64,000 nucleotides of DNA. It comes from Utricularia gibba (Eukaryota; Plantae; Magnoliophyta). This document shows, piece by piece, positions 10,048 to 23,335 of the stretch. The notes under the pieces were generated by a model that saw only the letters and a program-made list of their open reading frames with translations, was not told where the DNA came from and did no database searches. The stretch lies in the NCBI GenBank assembly GCA_002189035.1, contig NEEC01000019.1:186001-250000 (forward strand), in the 5' to 3' direction. The position numbers and the translations under genes are program-made. Position 1 is the stretch's first letter. Every line of letters starts with the position of its first letter.

Positions 10048-11485
10048 TGATGAATCATATGTATATAAAATCATTGGAGTAAGAAAATTATGCTTTTGAA
10101 TCATATTTTAAGTGTTTATCTTATAGTTTTTAGTATTTTTACCAAATTTTAGGACATAATGTGATTTTATGTGTTAATGGGATAAATCCTTTGATTTAGC
10201 CCATCCCATGTTATTAACATTTTGTCTAGTCTAGCGGCAAAGTTCTAAAATCAGGGAGGAGACATGAATTTCGTGCATGTAGAGATTTGGAAGAATGGGC
10301 AGCATTAAAAGAGGAGACATAATGCACTGTTCAGCCGTCCACAGTCTGTAGGTTTAGGCCAGGAACAGTACAGATGTCAGAAACAGTAGACTGATTTTGA
10401 AAAATGGAAAAAAGATGTGAAGATATTTTTGGAGAGGGAGAAGGAAGAGAAGACGGGCAGACCCGAGAAGGGGGCTTCTTCCCCAACGCAAAAAACACCA
10501 ACTAGAAGGGGACTTCTTCCCCAATGCGAAAAACACCAACCAGAAGGGGGGAAGAAGGCCTCCATCGTCAAGAACAGCACCAGAGCGCAGTCCAATGCTA
10601 CTGTTCCGGGCTGTAACCAGTAGCAACCGGGTGAAAGAATAATCTTTACTTGCTTCCAATTTTCTGAACATTTCTAGTTTTTGTAGCAGACTAGCTTACA
10701 ATGTTTCTGTTATTTTTGCCAGCTTATATGAATGAAATCGTGTTTTATTTCCCAAGCATGAGTGGCTAAAGTCTTAGATGCCTTAAGGTGAAGTGGTGTG
10801 GTGTGTGCTTAGGGTTGATGATGAAATTTATTTGTATTCCTTAACTCTTGTTTCTAACAAACCATAGGTAGACCTAAGGAGGGAAACAAGTAGTTTCACA
10901 ACTTAGATGCTTGGTTTAGAGGTAGACCAACAAACCAAGACGGGAGTAGTCGGTGTTAGTCTAGGGTATAACCAGTAGAACCGAGTAGACCTAGTTCTAT
11001 ATGCCTTGCATACGGGTAGACCTAATTGCAATTTTGGTTATGATATTGGGGACTAGCTTAGTCAAAAATATATTGGTTATGAATGACGTGGGTAGACTTA
11101 GGTTATTTGAAGGTGTGAGTATAGTAAGATAGTAAATTAAGTTAAAAATCTTAGCATAACACCACATGTAGATCCTTAAGACATCCTCGTATTATTCTAA
11201 GTTAGAACCAGTACCTGTCACTTTAGCGTTGAAACCTGATATTGCTTAACTACTTTTTTTATTGAACTTATTTACCACTGTTAGTCCGAGCTTAGACTAA
11301 GACATACTGTTATCCGAAATTATGCATGTAGTAAAACACTTAGCAAGCACAAGTTTTTCGTGATCGACCCCGATATCCACTATACAAGTTTTCTAAATTT
11401 GTATTTTGTATAGATTAGGGATTATAAATTTATTTGATAACGAAATTTCTATTTTTGGAATGACATTAGGAATTTTCGTTCATCA
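10048..11485 (+). mobile_element. Family A solo LTR (~1.44 kb)
   Basis: TGATGA...TTCATCA; both ends align with the copies at 28095-29428 and 31133-32509. No matching TSD (ACACA vs GCCTC). Confidence 0.88.
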
Positions 11486-11619
11486 GCCTCTTTTTTAAAG
11501 CAAAAATTAATTAACTTTTTTATTTTAATTATATTATTTTTTTCATTCAATAAATACTAGTCTTGTTTTCATTTATTTTCATCTAGTTTTTCTATCTCAT
11601 TTTCATCTCAAATCGTAAT

Positions 11620-14250
11620 ATGAGTCTCTTTGGTCATGAATCTTTTCAAAGTTCTCAAAATTCTACAATTCTTCCTCAAGTAGATCAAGAAGCCGAAAAC
11701 AATATCAACATCAATCAGGATTTTATGGAAGCTGTAGCAAATGATATGGATCCAATGGAGGAATCCGATTTCACATCATCTTCTAAAAAGCATAACAAAT
11801 CTCTGGCTCTTTTTTAGTCCAGTTTAACTTGAGGGTGAAAATTCAATCAAATATAAGTATTACTGTAAAATTTTTACACTTGGTGGTGGAGGTTCGTTAC
11901 TCCTTTGCCTATTAAACAAACTCAATTTTATTTCGAAAGTGGAAATCATCGTAGTATTTTTAAATTTTAATTAGAAAAAATTAAAATAATGATTATTCGT
12001 TTGATAATTATGAAAGAGTGTACTTTTAATATTTTTTAATGCGATTATATTCAAGAAGTACTTCAATAACTCAATTCTAGTTATAAAAAAAATTCAGCGT
12101 TAAGAAAAGTAGATATATTGTTTTGAATGAATTTAAATCTATACGTTTAGAAATTATTTGTATATTTGCAAGTAGAGAATGCATGTTTGCTTTGACTCAT
12201 GATGATTGGAAAAGAAATAAATGGTAATCATTATATTGTTCTTACTTATTTTTAGATAGATAGTAAATGGATTATGTATAAAAGAATTTTAGCTTTTAAA
12301 TCATGAGAATTACCATATAATAGTTTTGCTATTGCTAAATTTATCACGAATATTTGTAAAAGTTGCAATATTTTTAAATGAATTATTTTGACTTCTTTAG
12401 ATAATGTTATTGTAAACATTAATGTTATTGAAATTTTAAAAGTTGATATGAATTCTTTTTTAAACAGTATATTTTTCATACAAGATATGCTTATCATATT
12501 TTAAATTTATGTATTCACAATGGATTGAAAAGTTGGGCAATGCAGCATAGGTCGCAACACAAATCCCAAGGAGCCGTATATGAACAGTATAGTGGCAGAA
12601 GATGGGGCCAAAGTCTGAAAAGGAGTACACACAAAATCCAAAGAGGGAAAAAGTAGGATTTTGGACAAAATGGGGGACAAGATGAAGAGAGAAAAAAGAT
12701 CTCCTCCATTGGAGACACGCAATTCTTTCTAGAGAAGATTTTCTGGGGAGGAAGAAGGATGAAGACGAACATGAACTAGGTTGATGCTTGAAGATGATTT
12801 TTTGTTTTCCAAAGATTATTACTCTTAGCTAAGAATAGCTAGCGACATTTCCAGCTTTCTGTTGAACTTTTAAGTTTCCTGCTTGTTTATTTTCTGGTAG
12901 TCGACTGTAAGATGAGTACAATGTGGATGATGTTTTCTTTTCTACTTTCGTTTATCTTAAGTATGAGTGACTAAGTACTTAGGGGTGTCTTGGAGTGAAA
13001 GAGGGATAGATGTGCTAATCAATCTTTAGACCTAATCAACCATAAGTCACGCCACTTCCTTAACAAATCAGGATAGATCCAGGAGAGAGAAGTAGTGAAA
13101 CCCAACTTAACAACCCTAATTAGAGGTAGACCAAAGATTAAGGGGAAAACAAGAGTCCAGGTAGACCTAGACCTTGTGAGTTAGTTGTATGATTTATGGT
13201 TTGTGTAAACTTGTTTAATGATAAGCATACATCCCCTAGGAGTCCCAAGGCATCACCCATTTCATATTAGAAACCACCGAGTCTCAAGCTTAATATTTTT
13301 CTTTACTGCATTCTATCGTAGTTTTGCCTTAATCCTAGTTAAGACCAAATCCACCAACGTAATACTAATTCCTTGCATTGACCTTCTCATGACAAGCACC
13401 AATCTCCTTGTGTTCAACCCTAGTCTACTATGCTCATATTTTATTTGGATGTAAATTAGGTTTATAAATTTTATTTGATAGGAAAAATTTACAAATTAAC
13501 GACTTTGTACAAATTTTTCATTCATCAAGTGCCTTACAAAATAATTAAAAAAATTCCTTATTGCACTAATTTTTTAACTGATACTTATTATCCAACTTCA
13601 AATCTTTTAGTTCAATGTATTAATCAAATTATATTGGTTTTTTTTCCAAATTTTGAAACAATTCTTATTCTTGGAAAATGATTAAATGTATGCATACAAA
13701 ATTTTAGAAATATTTTCAACAAATTCCATGTTTATTTTTGTGACAACATTTTTTATCCTAAAAATAAAATAAAAGATCTTGATGTTATGCTAACATCTAT
13801 TTCTAATAATATGAATACTCATAATACTTTTTTTGATGTGGATCATATGAATTCTTCAACTATTGAAGTTATTTGTTCTATGTATACATTATATGAGAAA
13901 AAAAGGTTACTACTAAGGCACCTATAATATACCTATTTCTTCTGCTTCAACATCTAATTGAAATTCTGTCTTTCGGCATTTACTTTTTAAATGATGAATG
14001 AACAAGAATATATAAACCATATTTTCTCTTCTTTCACATATAATGACTTTGCTTTTTACACTAAGGCACCTATAATAATTTCAATGGATGATTATTTTGA
14101 TGTGTTGAGTTGGTAGAAATCCAACACCACAAATCACCCCATCTTGGGTAGATTAGCTAAAAATATCTTGACTTTTCCGACATCTATTGTTGCATCGAAA
14201 AGTACTTTTAGTATAGATGATCGAACACTCATAAAGATGAAATCAAAATT
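11620..14250 (+). pseudogene. Degenerate hAT transposase (BED finger, catalytic core, dimerisation domain), interrupted by an LTR
   Basis: Decayed KW.M.KRILAF, TSLDN and R..YHILNLCIHNGL lie before 12527; YYPTSN lies after 13528. FDVLSW.KSNTTNHPILGRLAKNILTFPTSIVAS.STFS is at ~14095-14215. Confidence 0.85.
12535..13527 (+). mobile_element. Family A LTR (subfamily of 44505-45631), 5'-truncated
   Basis: Reverse complement of 44505-45492 (e.g. CAATGCAGCA.AG.TCGCAACACAAATC.CAAGG); ends TTCATCA at 13527. Confidence 0.88.
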
Positions 14251-15729
14251 GAAAAATGATACTTTAAAAGTATACATTTGTACTAAAGATTGGATTATGG
14301 CTAATTGAAGTGGATTTCGAGAATGATGACAATGACGATGACGATGAGACCAAAAAAGGAAATTAAGAACGAATATTTTTGTTAATTTCTACCATTAGTA
14401 TTTCATTTAAAAGCCTTTATTATCATTTATCAATTATAAATTTAGAATAAAAAAATATTTGATTCAAACAATACGTAAAGATCAAAAAGCTTTCTTCCAA
14501 CAATAGTTTCTATTATTGTTATAAAAATATTGATATAATATTTTTTAATATTCTATTATCTGAATTAAAAAAAATTATATTTTGAGATTATTACCGAAAA
14601 CTGGAACCACAGTTTTGCGATGGTTTGAAGTGAATTATAATAAACTTGATATAGACATTCACATGAGAATTAGCCAATCTAGGTATGACATCACATGTGT
14701 GATTCATTCAAAAAAAATCTTCCAAGTTTCAATGCGTTTTTTTAAGCTTGCTTCACACAAAAAGTGCATTATGAGAGTTTTCATTATTTGTAGTACATAG
14801 TACATCTAGTATTGTACATAAATATTGTGCTCAACATACAATGTTCGTTTTGCAACTAAAAAGATATAAAGGGGTTGAATCAATCAAACTCCATTTAATC
14901 AAAAAATCCGTTCACTTTCTCAACTCCATTTCTTGGGAACAATAAAAATTCAAGACGAGTTGAATGTGCACCAAAATTGATTATTGTTCAATGAGGGAAG
15001 AATAATATTTTCAATATTGTTCCCAATTCACTGTGCACCTGTATTAGAGACGAGACAATTAGGCAATATGTTAATATTGAAAATCTCAACAGGATTATTA
15101 AAATCCTCTATATCAGTTTGATAGGCCTTGAATCGGCATGCGCCACATGGAGGCGAGCCCAGAAGGTACTTACAAACCTGTGGATGGTGGATAACCAAAT
15201 CGGCACCTCTCATGCGAAATCAGTTGGAAAAGGTTTCAAAAGCCTCTTGACAACCCGCTATAGGTCGACAGATCGATAAATGTCAAAACGGGCAGCAGTG
15301 GCCATTTTGATGTCTGAAACCGATTTTACAGGAATGTTAGAGTAGTAGACAGGTATCTATCAATCGGACTACAATATGGCTACTAGGCAGAGAAAGCAAC
15401 CGAAACCTGCAGAATTGGGACAGATCGACATTCCGTATAAATATAAAAAAATTCGAAGAAGAAAATGGAAACTCCCTGCATACCATCTTGTATCATTATT
15501 CACTCCTCTCTCCCATTTTTAGTGAAATGACCTTCCCGGCGAGCTCCGACACCTCCATGGTTTTTCCATTCCCTAGCAGTTTTCACGAAAAAATCCTCGT
15601 ACCTTTTGATTGCTTTCTTCTTTGACTCTAACCCGATGCCAATACTTTCTAAATCGGACCCTTTCAAATCTCATTTGCAACCCAAAAACTGATCCAACTC
15701 AACGGGACCGACTTTCAACCAAATGCAGT

Positions 15730-16906
15730 TGATAAAACATGTTTTTCAGTGTCTTAGAACTACAAAATGAGTAATATTATGTTATTAAACTGATGTTATA
15801 TGAGGTATTTTTGTATTTTCATCATTAGGAACATTGTTTAAGTTTTTTAGTCCAAATTGGGACTAAATCAGATTTAGTCCCAATGTTTGTTCTAACCACT
15901 TTTTGAGCAATGCAGCACGTCTTAACAGCCCAAATCTCAAGGAATTGAAAGAGAACAGTGAAGGTTACCGAAAATATGGACAAAAGTTGAATGTAAGTAC
16001 ACCAAAATCTAAGGTGGAAGAAAACATGAATTTTTGACATAGTGAAGGGAGAGAAAATATCTCAACCACTTGGGAGAACATGCCACGGACTTTTAGGAGG
16101 GAGATGTGGAGAAAAACTTACAAGAAGAACAAAGAAGATGAACTAGGAAACAAGCCCTCTTTTGATGACTTCTTTCGATTATGAAAAATATTATTCATAG
16201 CTCATAATACTTTTAGTTTCTTTCGTGCAACTATTTATGATTCCAGTTACTATTTAATTTGTTGTTTTTTTTCTTACTGTCACATTGTGGAATGAATATA
16301 ATTTTCCTGTTATGTTATGAAAGTATTTTCCTTTTCCTTAACATGAGTGGCTAGGCACTAAAAGATGCCTTGGGCCAAAGGGGGATGAGCATGCTTATTG
16401 TTCACTTAATCACACTACTTCTTAATCACTTTACTTCCTTAACAAACCAAAATAGATCTAGGAGGAGGAGGTAGTGCTTTTCATCGTAAATAGTCTTAGT
16501 TAGAGATAGAGCAAAAATTAAGGAAAAACGAGGAGTTAGGTAGACTTGAGTCTTTGCTTATTAGGTAAAAGATTTTAGGTTTGGGTGAGATAATTGCAGT
16601 GATTAGCATGCTACTCTTAAGTATCCCAAATCATCACCTTCTTTTATTTTAGATAAAGATCTTACTTTTCCCGTTATTGTCTATCTGCATATTGTTATGA
16701 AATTTCTATTCTTAGCTTAGACTAAATTTTCAACCATAACTAAAACAGCATGCATCAATTTCACACAACAACCACATAGCTTCTTGTGTTCGATTCTTAT
16801 CCACTATGCTTATATTTTTCGTTTGATTAGTTGTAAATTAGACTATAAATTTATTTGATAGAAAAATTTACAATTTTAATAACATTGCAAAATTTTTCGT
16901 TTATCA
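15730..16906 (+). mobile_element. Family A solo LTR (diverged subfamily)
   Basis: Start TGATAAAACATGTTTTTCAGTG matches TGATAACACATATTTTTGAGTG; end is TATAAATTTATTTGATAG...CGTTTATCA. No TSD recognised. Confidence 0.82.
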
Positions 16907-17539
16907 TCAATACTTGGATGATCACATAATTCAGGTATTGTCTAATCTATTGATTTTTCTTTTTTAAAATCTGCATACATTGCACCCCTAATTTCAAGAT
17001 TATTATCTTTAGCATAATCATCAATGGTAGAATAGTTTTATCAGATATTTGATGATTCAAAGTCATGGTATAGTGCAAGTCTTGTAACATCAAATAATCT
17101 ATTAAAACAAAAAAATGGTTTACTTGATGAAAATGCAATATTTTTAAATGAATAAATGATTATTTCATTATAAATTAATATACTCAAGTATTATATATCG
17201 TAAATCTCTTTTATATTTTATTTTTAAATACATGTATCATTGTTTTATGATTTATTATTTAAATATATTTTCTTTTATTTTTTTTAGAATTGCATTTTAT
17301 ACATATAAACTTATGAATTTATTTTATTAGTCAAATTTATTGTATTATATTATTATTGTTACGTATGTAATGTATAATTTTATTTAATATTATTTATGTA
17401 ATTATCTGATTTTCATTATATTTTTTAAAGATTTATGATGATTAAATTCAAATTAAAGCATGTAATTTTGACAGACTACAATATTATTGTGGTAAATGAC
17501 ATTGATTCTTATACACATCGTCCAAATAATTGATTGAAT

Positions 17540-18300
17540 TTACTACCATGGCTCGAAAGGTGATTAAAGTTGGATTGTGTTTTTGACTTGTATTATCATT
17601 ATTCAGTCATTAAACGAGATTAATCTTTCCATTGTTTGCTTGAATTATAGTATTCTCATTTTTTATGTTTTGCTAAGAAGAGCATTATGATGATATTCAT
17701 AAAATCTTTTTCCTATGGTTGTAGCAAGAAGAGATAAAAAAACAAAAACTAACACATGGTTTATTCAGCCCCTAAAAAGAACGAGCATGTGCGTACTATG
17801 ATAAGCAATTTTTCTGATTGACATACTAAATGGTGTTATGTCACCCCATCAGAAATGGTGAATTGGACATTTTTGCTCTTGTATGAATATGAAAATATGA
17901 TAAGAAGGTCCATAACAATGGTGGATAAGAAGACACATGAGAGACACTTATTGTTTAAGAAATTGTAACCAAGAACTATCATTGGCGAGATATTGTTGAA
18001 GTGTATACTCAACTTAAAGGTTTATTTACCTTAAGTTAATTACATATATTTTCTGGTTTTATGTTATAACTTATTTTTATTTTTCATGATGAGTTTCTAC
18101 TATACTGAACACGAGGCATGACACAATTTTCTACCCAACTTTTAATGAATATTTTTAAATTTTTGTTCAATTGGATCCTTAGAACACAAATTTTTAAATT
18201 TATTCTTTGGAATATATTTTTAAAACCATCATTTTGCATTTGATTAATATGATAAATAAATATGCAATACTCAATGAAATTGTTGGTTTTCTTTCTGATT
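17540..18300 (+). pseudogene. Possible highly degenerate hAT (TTF/ZMYM-type) transposase remnant
   Basis: Only short traces (PWLE...LCF, F.QLDP...F) in AT-rich DNA; weak support. Confidence 0.3.
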
Positions 18301-18916
18301 AAGTATTTATTTTTTTAAATAAATAATACGTATTTTTTAAAATGTTGAATATGTTTGTTAAGTATAGTTTTATTTTTTTAGAGTAAATATATATAATACT
18401 CGAGACCCATGTTTGAATTGCAATGATTCAAAATCATTGGAGAATAGTCCGAAAGAAAACCAAACGCCCAAAATTATTAAATGAAAAAGACCCATCTTAA
18501 GAAGTGATCAATAAGATATCTCAAAGAAAAGAACACTGGTTCAAAAGGTATACGAAAGATATTCTTTAGAGTGAAATACTCGATTAGAAAATACTTGAGA
18601 AGATATTTTCATAAAAAAAAAAAGATATAGGAAAGAAGTGCTTGGAGAGATGTCTTCATAAAAATTGCATGAGGGATGGGCAACCGAGAAGTCGAAGACC
18701 GCTGACTTGAGAAGCAAGTGAATAGATGGCTGATGTTGGAAAGTTTTATATTTGACTTTTTAAATAAAGTTTTATGATGAGGGGCATATTATGTAGGAAC
18801 CTTCAAAGCAAGAAATTGCGTATTTAGAGCATCTTTAGTGATTTCCAAAAATGCTGACGTGGTTTTCCTTTATTCAATTTACTTTATGAAGTTTCCTAAT
18901 TCACTTTATCAATTTC

Positions 18917-21900
18917 TAGAAATATTATTTATAATTTATCGGTTAAATCCGTAACCGATAATAAATGGTCCGGATTTGGATTCCATCTTTTAGAGACCAT
19001 TTTATGAGAATCAGAACCGATTATTTTTTAATTTTATATAAATATATTATATCAGATTTATTGTATATTAAAATTCATAATACAAGTAAGAAGCTTAAAA
19101 AGATTAAAAATACTTTCAATTAGTTTTTAATCTTTTGGAAAATTCACATAGTTTTCAAAATTGATAATATCATAATACAAGTATCATTTGAAAAATTAAA
19201 AAGATTAAAAATACTTGAAACAATAATATTTAAAGTTCATAGACCAATCTACTAATATAACATCAATGACAAAGCAACAAAATAATCCTTAAAATAAAAT
19301 TTAAAGTCCTACGAAATAATTTTTTTCTATTTAATAATCTAGTTAACTTCATTTCATTGCCTGATGAAAAGATAACCTTATCGAATTTCAACCAATTAAG
19401 AAGCTTTCACTGTCAAGTGCCTATGATGCTAAAGCTAAAAATAAATCAATAAGTAAATAATTAAAAACATGAATAATTAAGTATTTTCAATAATCATACA
19501 AAAATAATTTAATAAAAATATAATGATATACCTTCAATTTCATTATCTTCAATATCAGAATCATCAAACATTGATTGCTCTCCTTTTGCTGTCAAATTTG
19601 TACCTTGCATTAAAAACATCTATATAATCATTTTAAAAATTGAAAACATAATAAAAAAATGAATATATTTAATTTACCATCAATGCTACTCCACAACCAA
19701 CGTCTAGTACACATCAAAGCCTCCACTATATCACTACAAAGTCTGTTACATGTACGACAAATTATTTTTCCACTTATACTAAAAGCAGATTCTGATGCAA
19801 CAGTCAAAACTGGAATTGCCAAAATATCCTGAGCCATTTTTTGTAAGATCGGATAAGCACCTCCATTCATTTGCCACCATGCAAGAACATTAAAATTTTC
19901 AGCTCTTGGTAACACTGACTCATCCAGATAACAATCTAATTCTGATAAAGCAGACTTTGCAACAATCTAATTCTTCTCAGCAACAAACTGATCAAACTTT
20001 GACAAAGTGTTACATGTCTTGTTTGAAGATAAGCCACTCAAAGCCACAAATGAACCACATTGATCTTTTGTATGTAATGAAGAGATCATATTAGGAGTCA
20101 TCTTATAGACATTTAAAATATCACGACAATTTCTCCAAATCTCTTCAATCCTCTCACCAAGAATCATATGACATTTTATACCGTGGATCCAATACAGCTG
20201 CCACTCCAAGAATCATATGACAACTTTCCCAATATTGATTAAACTTTGCCGCCATCTCTTCAGCCGTAGATGAAATAGCATAATCCTTACTTTTCAACCA
20301 ATCATCAATGTTCATCTTTATGTCACAGATAACAGGAAAAAAAATACTGCAAGTCGGATTTTTAGTACTAGAGAAAAGCAGAGTAGCTTCATAAAAAATC
20401 TTCAATTTATCATATATTGTTTCTACTTGCTGCCAATCCTCTTCAGTAATGTAACATTTGTAATGTTTATCCATATGATGAAGTCGAGGGAATACACTTT
20501 TATAGAGAATGGCAGTTTCAAGCATTAAAAATGTAGAATTCCAATGGGTTTTACAGTAAACTGATAACATCTTTATAGAAACTATGTCACATTGATGAGC
20601 AGCCTGTTCAAATTTCTCTACTCTTTTAGGGGAGGCAATCCAAAACACTACACTATCACGAATGCTTTCAATAGTACCCGCAATCATACTAAGCCCCACT
20701 TGCACTATTAAATTCAAAATATGAGCATTGCAACGCAAATGTAATACCTGTCCATGTAATAACAGATCCTTATTCGGAAAACTTTGCAAAAGCTTTGGAA
20801 AAATAGCATCATTTGTTGCACAATTATCCGCAATGATTGTAGATAATTTTCGATCTGTATTCCAAGATACAAATGTTTCCATCAAAATAGCTGATAACAT
20901 TTCAGCCGTATGTGGAGTTGGGACATAGGCAAACCTGAATAAAAAAAAATAAATCAACAAATATAATGAAGTAATAAATAATAAAATTAAAAATACCTCA
21001 AAATACAATTCTTCAACAACCAATTATCATCAATATAATGTGCTGTAATTGCCATGTAACTTTTCTTTTGATTTGTAGCTGTCCACATATCTGTTGTAAT
21101 GGCAATTCGATTCTTCAGCTTTCCCAACAATGCATAATTTCTGTTTTTAGTGTTAATATATAATTTCATAATATCCTTCCTCAAAGTATGTCTTGAAATA
21201 ATGTTGAATGCAGGATTTAAACCATGGGAATATTTTCGAAATCCATAATGATCCACCATGCTCATTGGATAATCATGTAAAATGACCACTTCTGCAAGAT
21301 CCTCTCTTGATTTTTCTGGATTAAACATGTGGCTTTCAACATTGCCACTCTTCCCCAATTTGATCAAACATTGTTTTATATCCACATTCCCAAATTTTTT
21401 TGGACAATGCAAATCAACATGCTTCATCAAATTCGATGTTCCTTTCTTTGAATCAGCTCCAAATATTTTTTTACAATTATTGCACTCTGCCATCCATAGT
21501 TGAGTTTTCTTATCTTGATATCTCTTAAAATGATCCCAAACACGAGAAGTTAATTTTCTTTTTCTACTAACTCCACTTGGTTCTTCAATATTCTCCAATC
21601 AAATAACATCATTTTCACTATTCCCATCGATCACAACATGAGTAGCTTCCTTTACATAATCATTTCCCACCGAAGGTATAGATTCTTTTGATATACCATA
21701 ACTAGCTTGAAAATTGGTATTGAAATCCATGTGTAATTAAAACAATATTCAAATCTGTAACTAACACAATACAATCCAATGCATTTTTTTTCAATATAGC
21801 AGCAGAAAATAAAAAAAATATTAGAAAATTTGTTTGGCATAGCTCTCAGTAGAAATCAATATAAATCAACAGATAATTCAAAAACTAAAGAAATGAAATG

Positions 21901-22395
21901 ACTTGAATAGATAAAATCGTATAATAGTAAGGAAGTTTAAGTAAATAACCACACAATAAAATAAAATACCTTTCAATTCATATATATATTAAATGACAGA
22001 ACCTTTATTAAATCAAAAGGGTGCCGCAGGTTGGAATGTATGTATTTTACCTCTTCAGTGATGCCTCCAACTCCTTGTCTTTGTGCGAAACCACCTATTG
22101 TTTACCCAAGTGTCTGGGTATGATACTTAAGCAAAAAGAGTAGGAACTCGACTCTTACCTGGTAGAGAAAAGTAGGTTTAGATGTTTGAAATTAAAAAAA
22201 AAAAGATTCAGATTTACAAATTAGGGTTTAAGAAATTTATATTCTATTTTTACCCGAATCCGATTAAGAACCGATCGGATAATCGGTTTCGGTTTCTAAT
22301 CGATTTTGGTCCGGATTCAGATACAAAAATTTTAAATCGGGTTCGGTTTCGGTTGTTATTAGTACCGGACCGAACCCGACCCATGAACATCTCTA
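18917..22395 (-). mobile_element. hAT DNA transposon (~3.5 kb)
   Basis: The right TIR reads TAGAGATGTT on the minus strand at 22395; the left end TAGAAATATT is at 18917. CCGA/TCGG-rich subterminal repeats at both ends. No 8-bp TSD recognised. Confidence 0.85.
19628..21598 (-). pseudogene. hAT transposase (BED zinc finger, RICESLEEPER/DAYSLEEPER-like)
   Basis: BED finger VWDHF..AECNNC..GTSNLMKH...HC; also TTDMWTA, ADNCATND, HLRCNAHILNLIVQ, KTHWNST, VLDPRYK and FNVLAWW..YPILQKMAQDILAIPVLTVASESAFS. Intron at ~20935-20995; stops and a filler lesion near 20160. Confidence 0.93.
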
Positions 22396-22399
22396 ATGA

Positions 22400-23335
22400 T
22401 GGAAAAGGACTAGAAGAAGTTAATGTACATGAGGAGTGATATAAAACAAACTTGGAACACTTATTTTCGAACTTTTGAACCTTTTTCGCACTCTGTTTTT
22501 GTATTTAGAACTTTTGGTTCTTCCTCTTCTCCAAGGGAGGAAGAACACTTAACTTCCATTTTCGTTTCTGTTTTCATGGTCCTTTATGACTAAAACCTTT
22601 TAGTTTCTGAAAGTAGATGAAGTTTCCTTCCAAGTCTTGAGCATTCCAATCGGTTCTTTGTTGAATTCATTCCGGATTTTACATACTTCCATGCATCTTG
22701 TTCCAGTTTTTCTGTAACGACTCCTAGTTATGGTCCATGAGTAGCAAGCCACTCTTCGTGGATGTTGATGAAGATCAAGGTAAAGAGCATCAACTCCAAC
22801 CCTACCAGTTTGAGGGAAGTAGGAAATTGATTATGGCCAAGGTATCGCGACAGTGAACGAGTAGTGAACTCGTACTCACCACTAGTCATTGGCAACAGCT
22901 GGGCACACGTGCACAATTCGGTTTTGAAGTCAATCGACAGCAATCCTCTTGTCTTCTCAATCATCCAATGGGAAATCACATGAGGCTATTCCCGTGTCTC
23001 CTTGTCAATCAGAGTGAAAGGGAGAGTAGGCTATTCCTTACTCCTATAATCAGCTATTTGGAAGGAATCGGTAAAAATCGAGGCGAGGATATACAAAAGG
23101 AGGAAATGAAATCCCTTTCCTAGGAATTGCAACCTTTAGTCAAGATCCATTACTTAGATTGTATCTTTTATTTTTATACTTCAAAAACCCCCTTTTACAA
23201 ATCAGTGACAATTTGTGAAAGTTTTCTACAAAACTTTTCACAAAACTCAACTCCCTGAGATCGATACTCGTACTATTCTCTTTTGTGTTTTATATTTTAT
23301 ATATTTAAAATTTGTAGAGGAAACGACACGCAACA
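22400..23335 (+). mobile_element. Family B-related LTR fragment
   Basis: Ends AAATTTGTAGAGGAAACGACACGCAACA, like the family B 3' termini. Internal GGCTATTCCCGTGTC and CTCCTATAA motifs are shared with 27760-27830. Confidence 0.7.

Noticed and set aside
1-11485. 10048-11485 as the 3' LTR partner of the 5' LTR ending at 107
   Set aside because: The last ~100 bp are only loosely similar, far below what an LTR pair should show, and 10048 is preceded by Harbinger sequence rather than a PPT.
13911-14080. 17-bp direct repeat CTAAGGCACCTATAATA flanking ~130 bp as a small insertion with TSD
   Set aside because: Too long for known TSDs and no TIRs inside; more likely a local duplication scar in the dead hAT.
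15100-15400. Possible LINE ORF1 (DUF4283-like) remnant on the minus strand
   Set aside because: Only vague residue spacing with several stops; not supportable.
18430-18916. Tat-like PPT (GAGGGGCAT) followed by a TGTAGG LTR start
   Set aside because: Suggestive, but there is no second copy or end in the window to confirm it.
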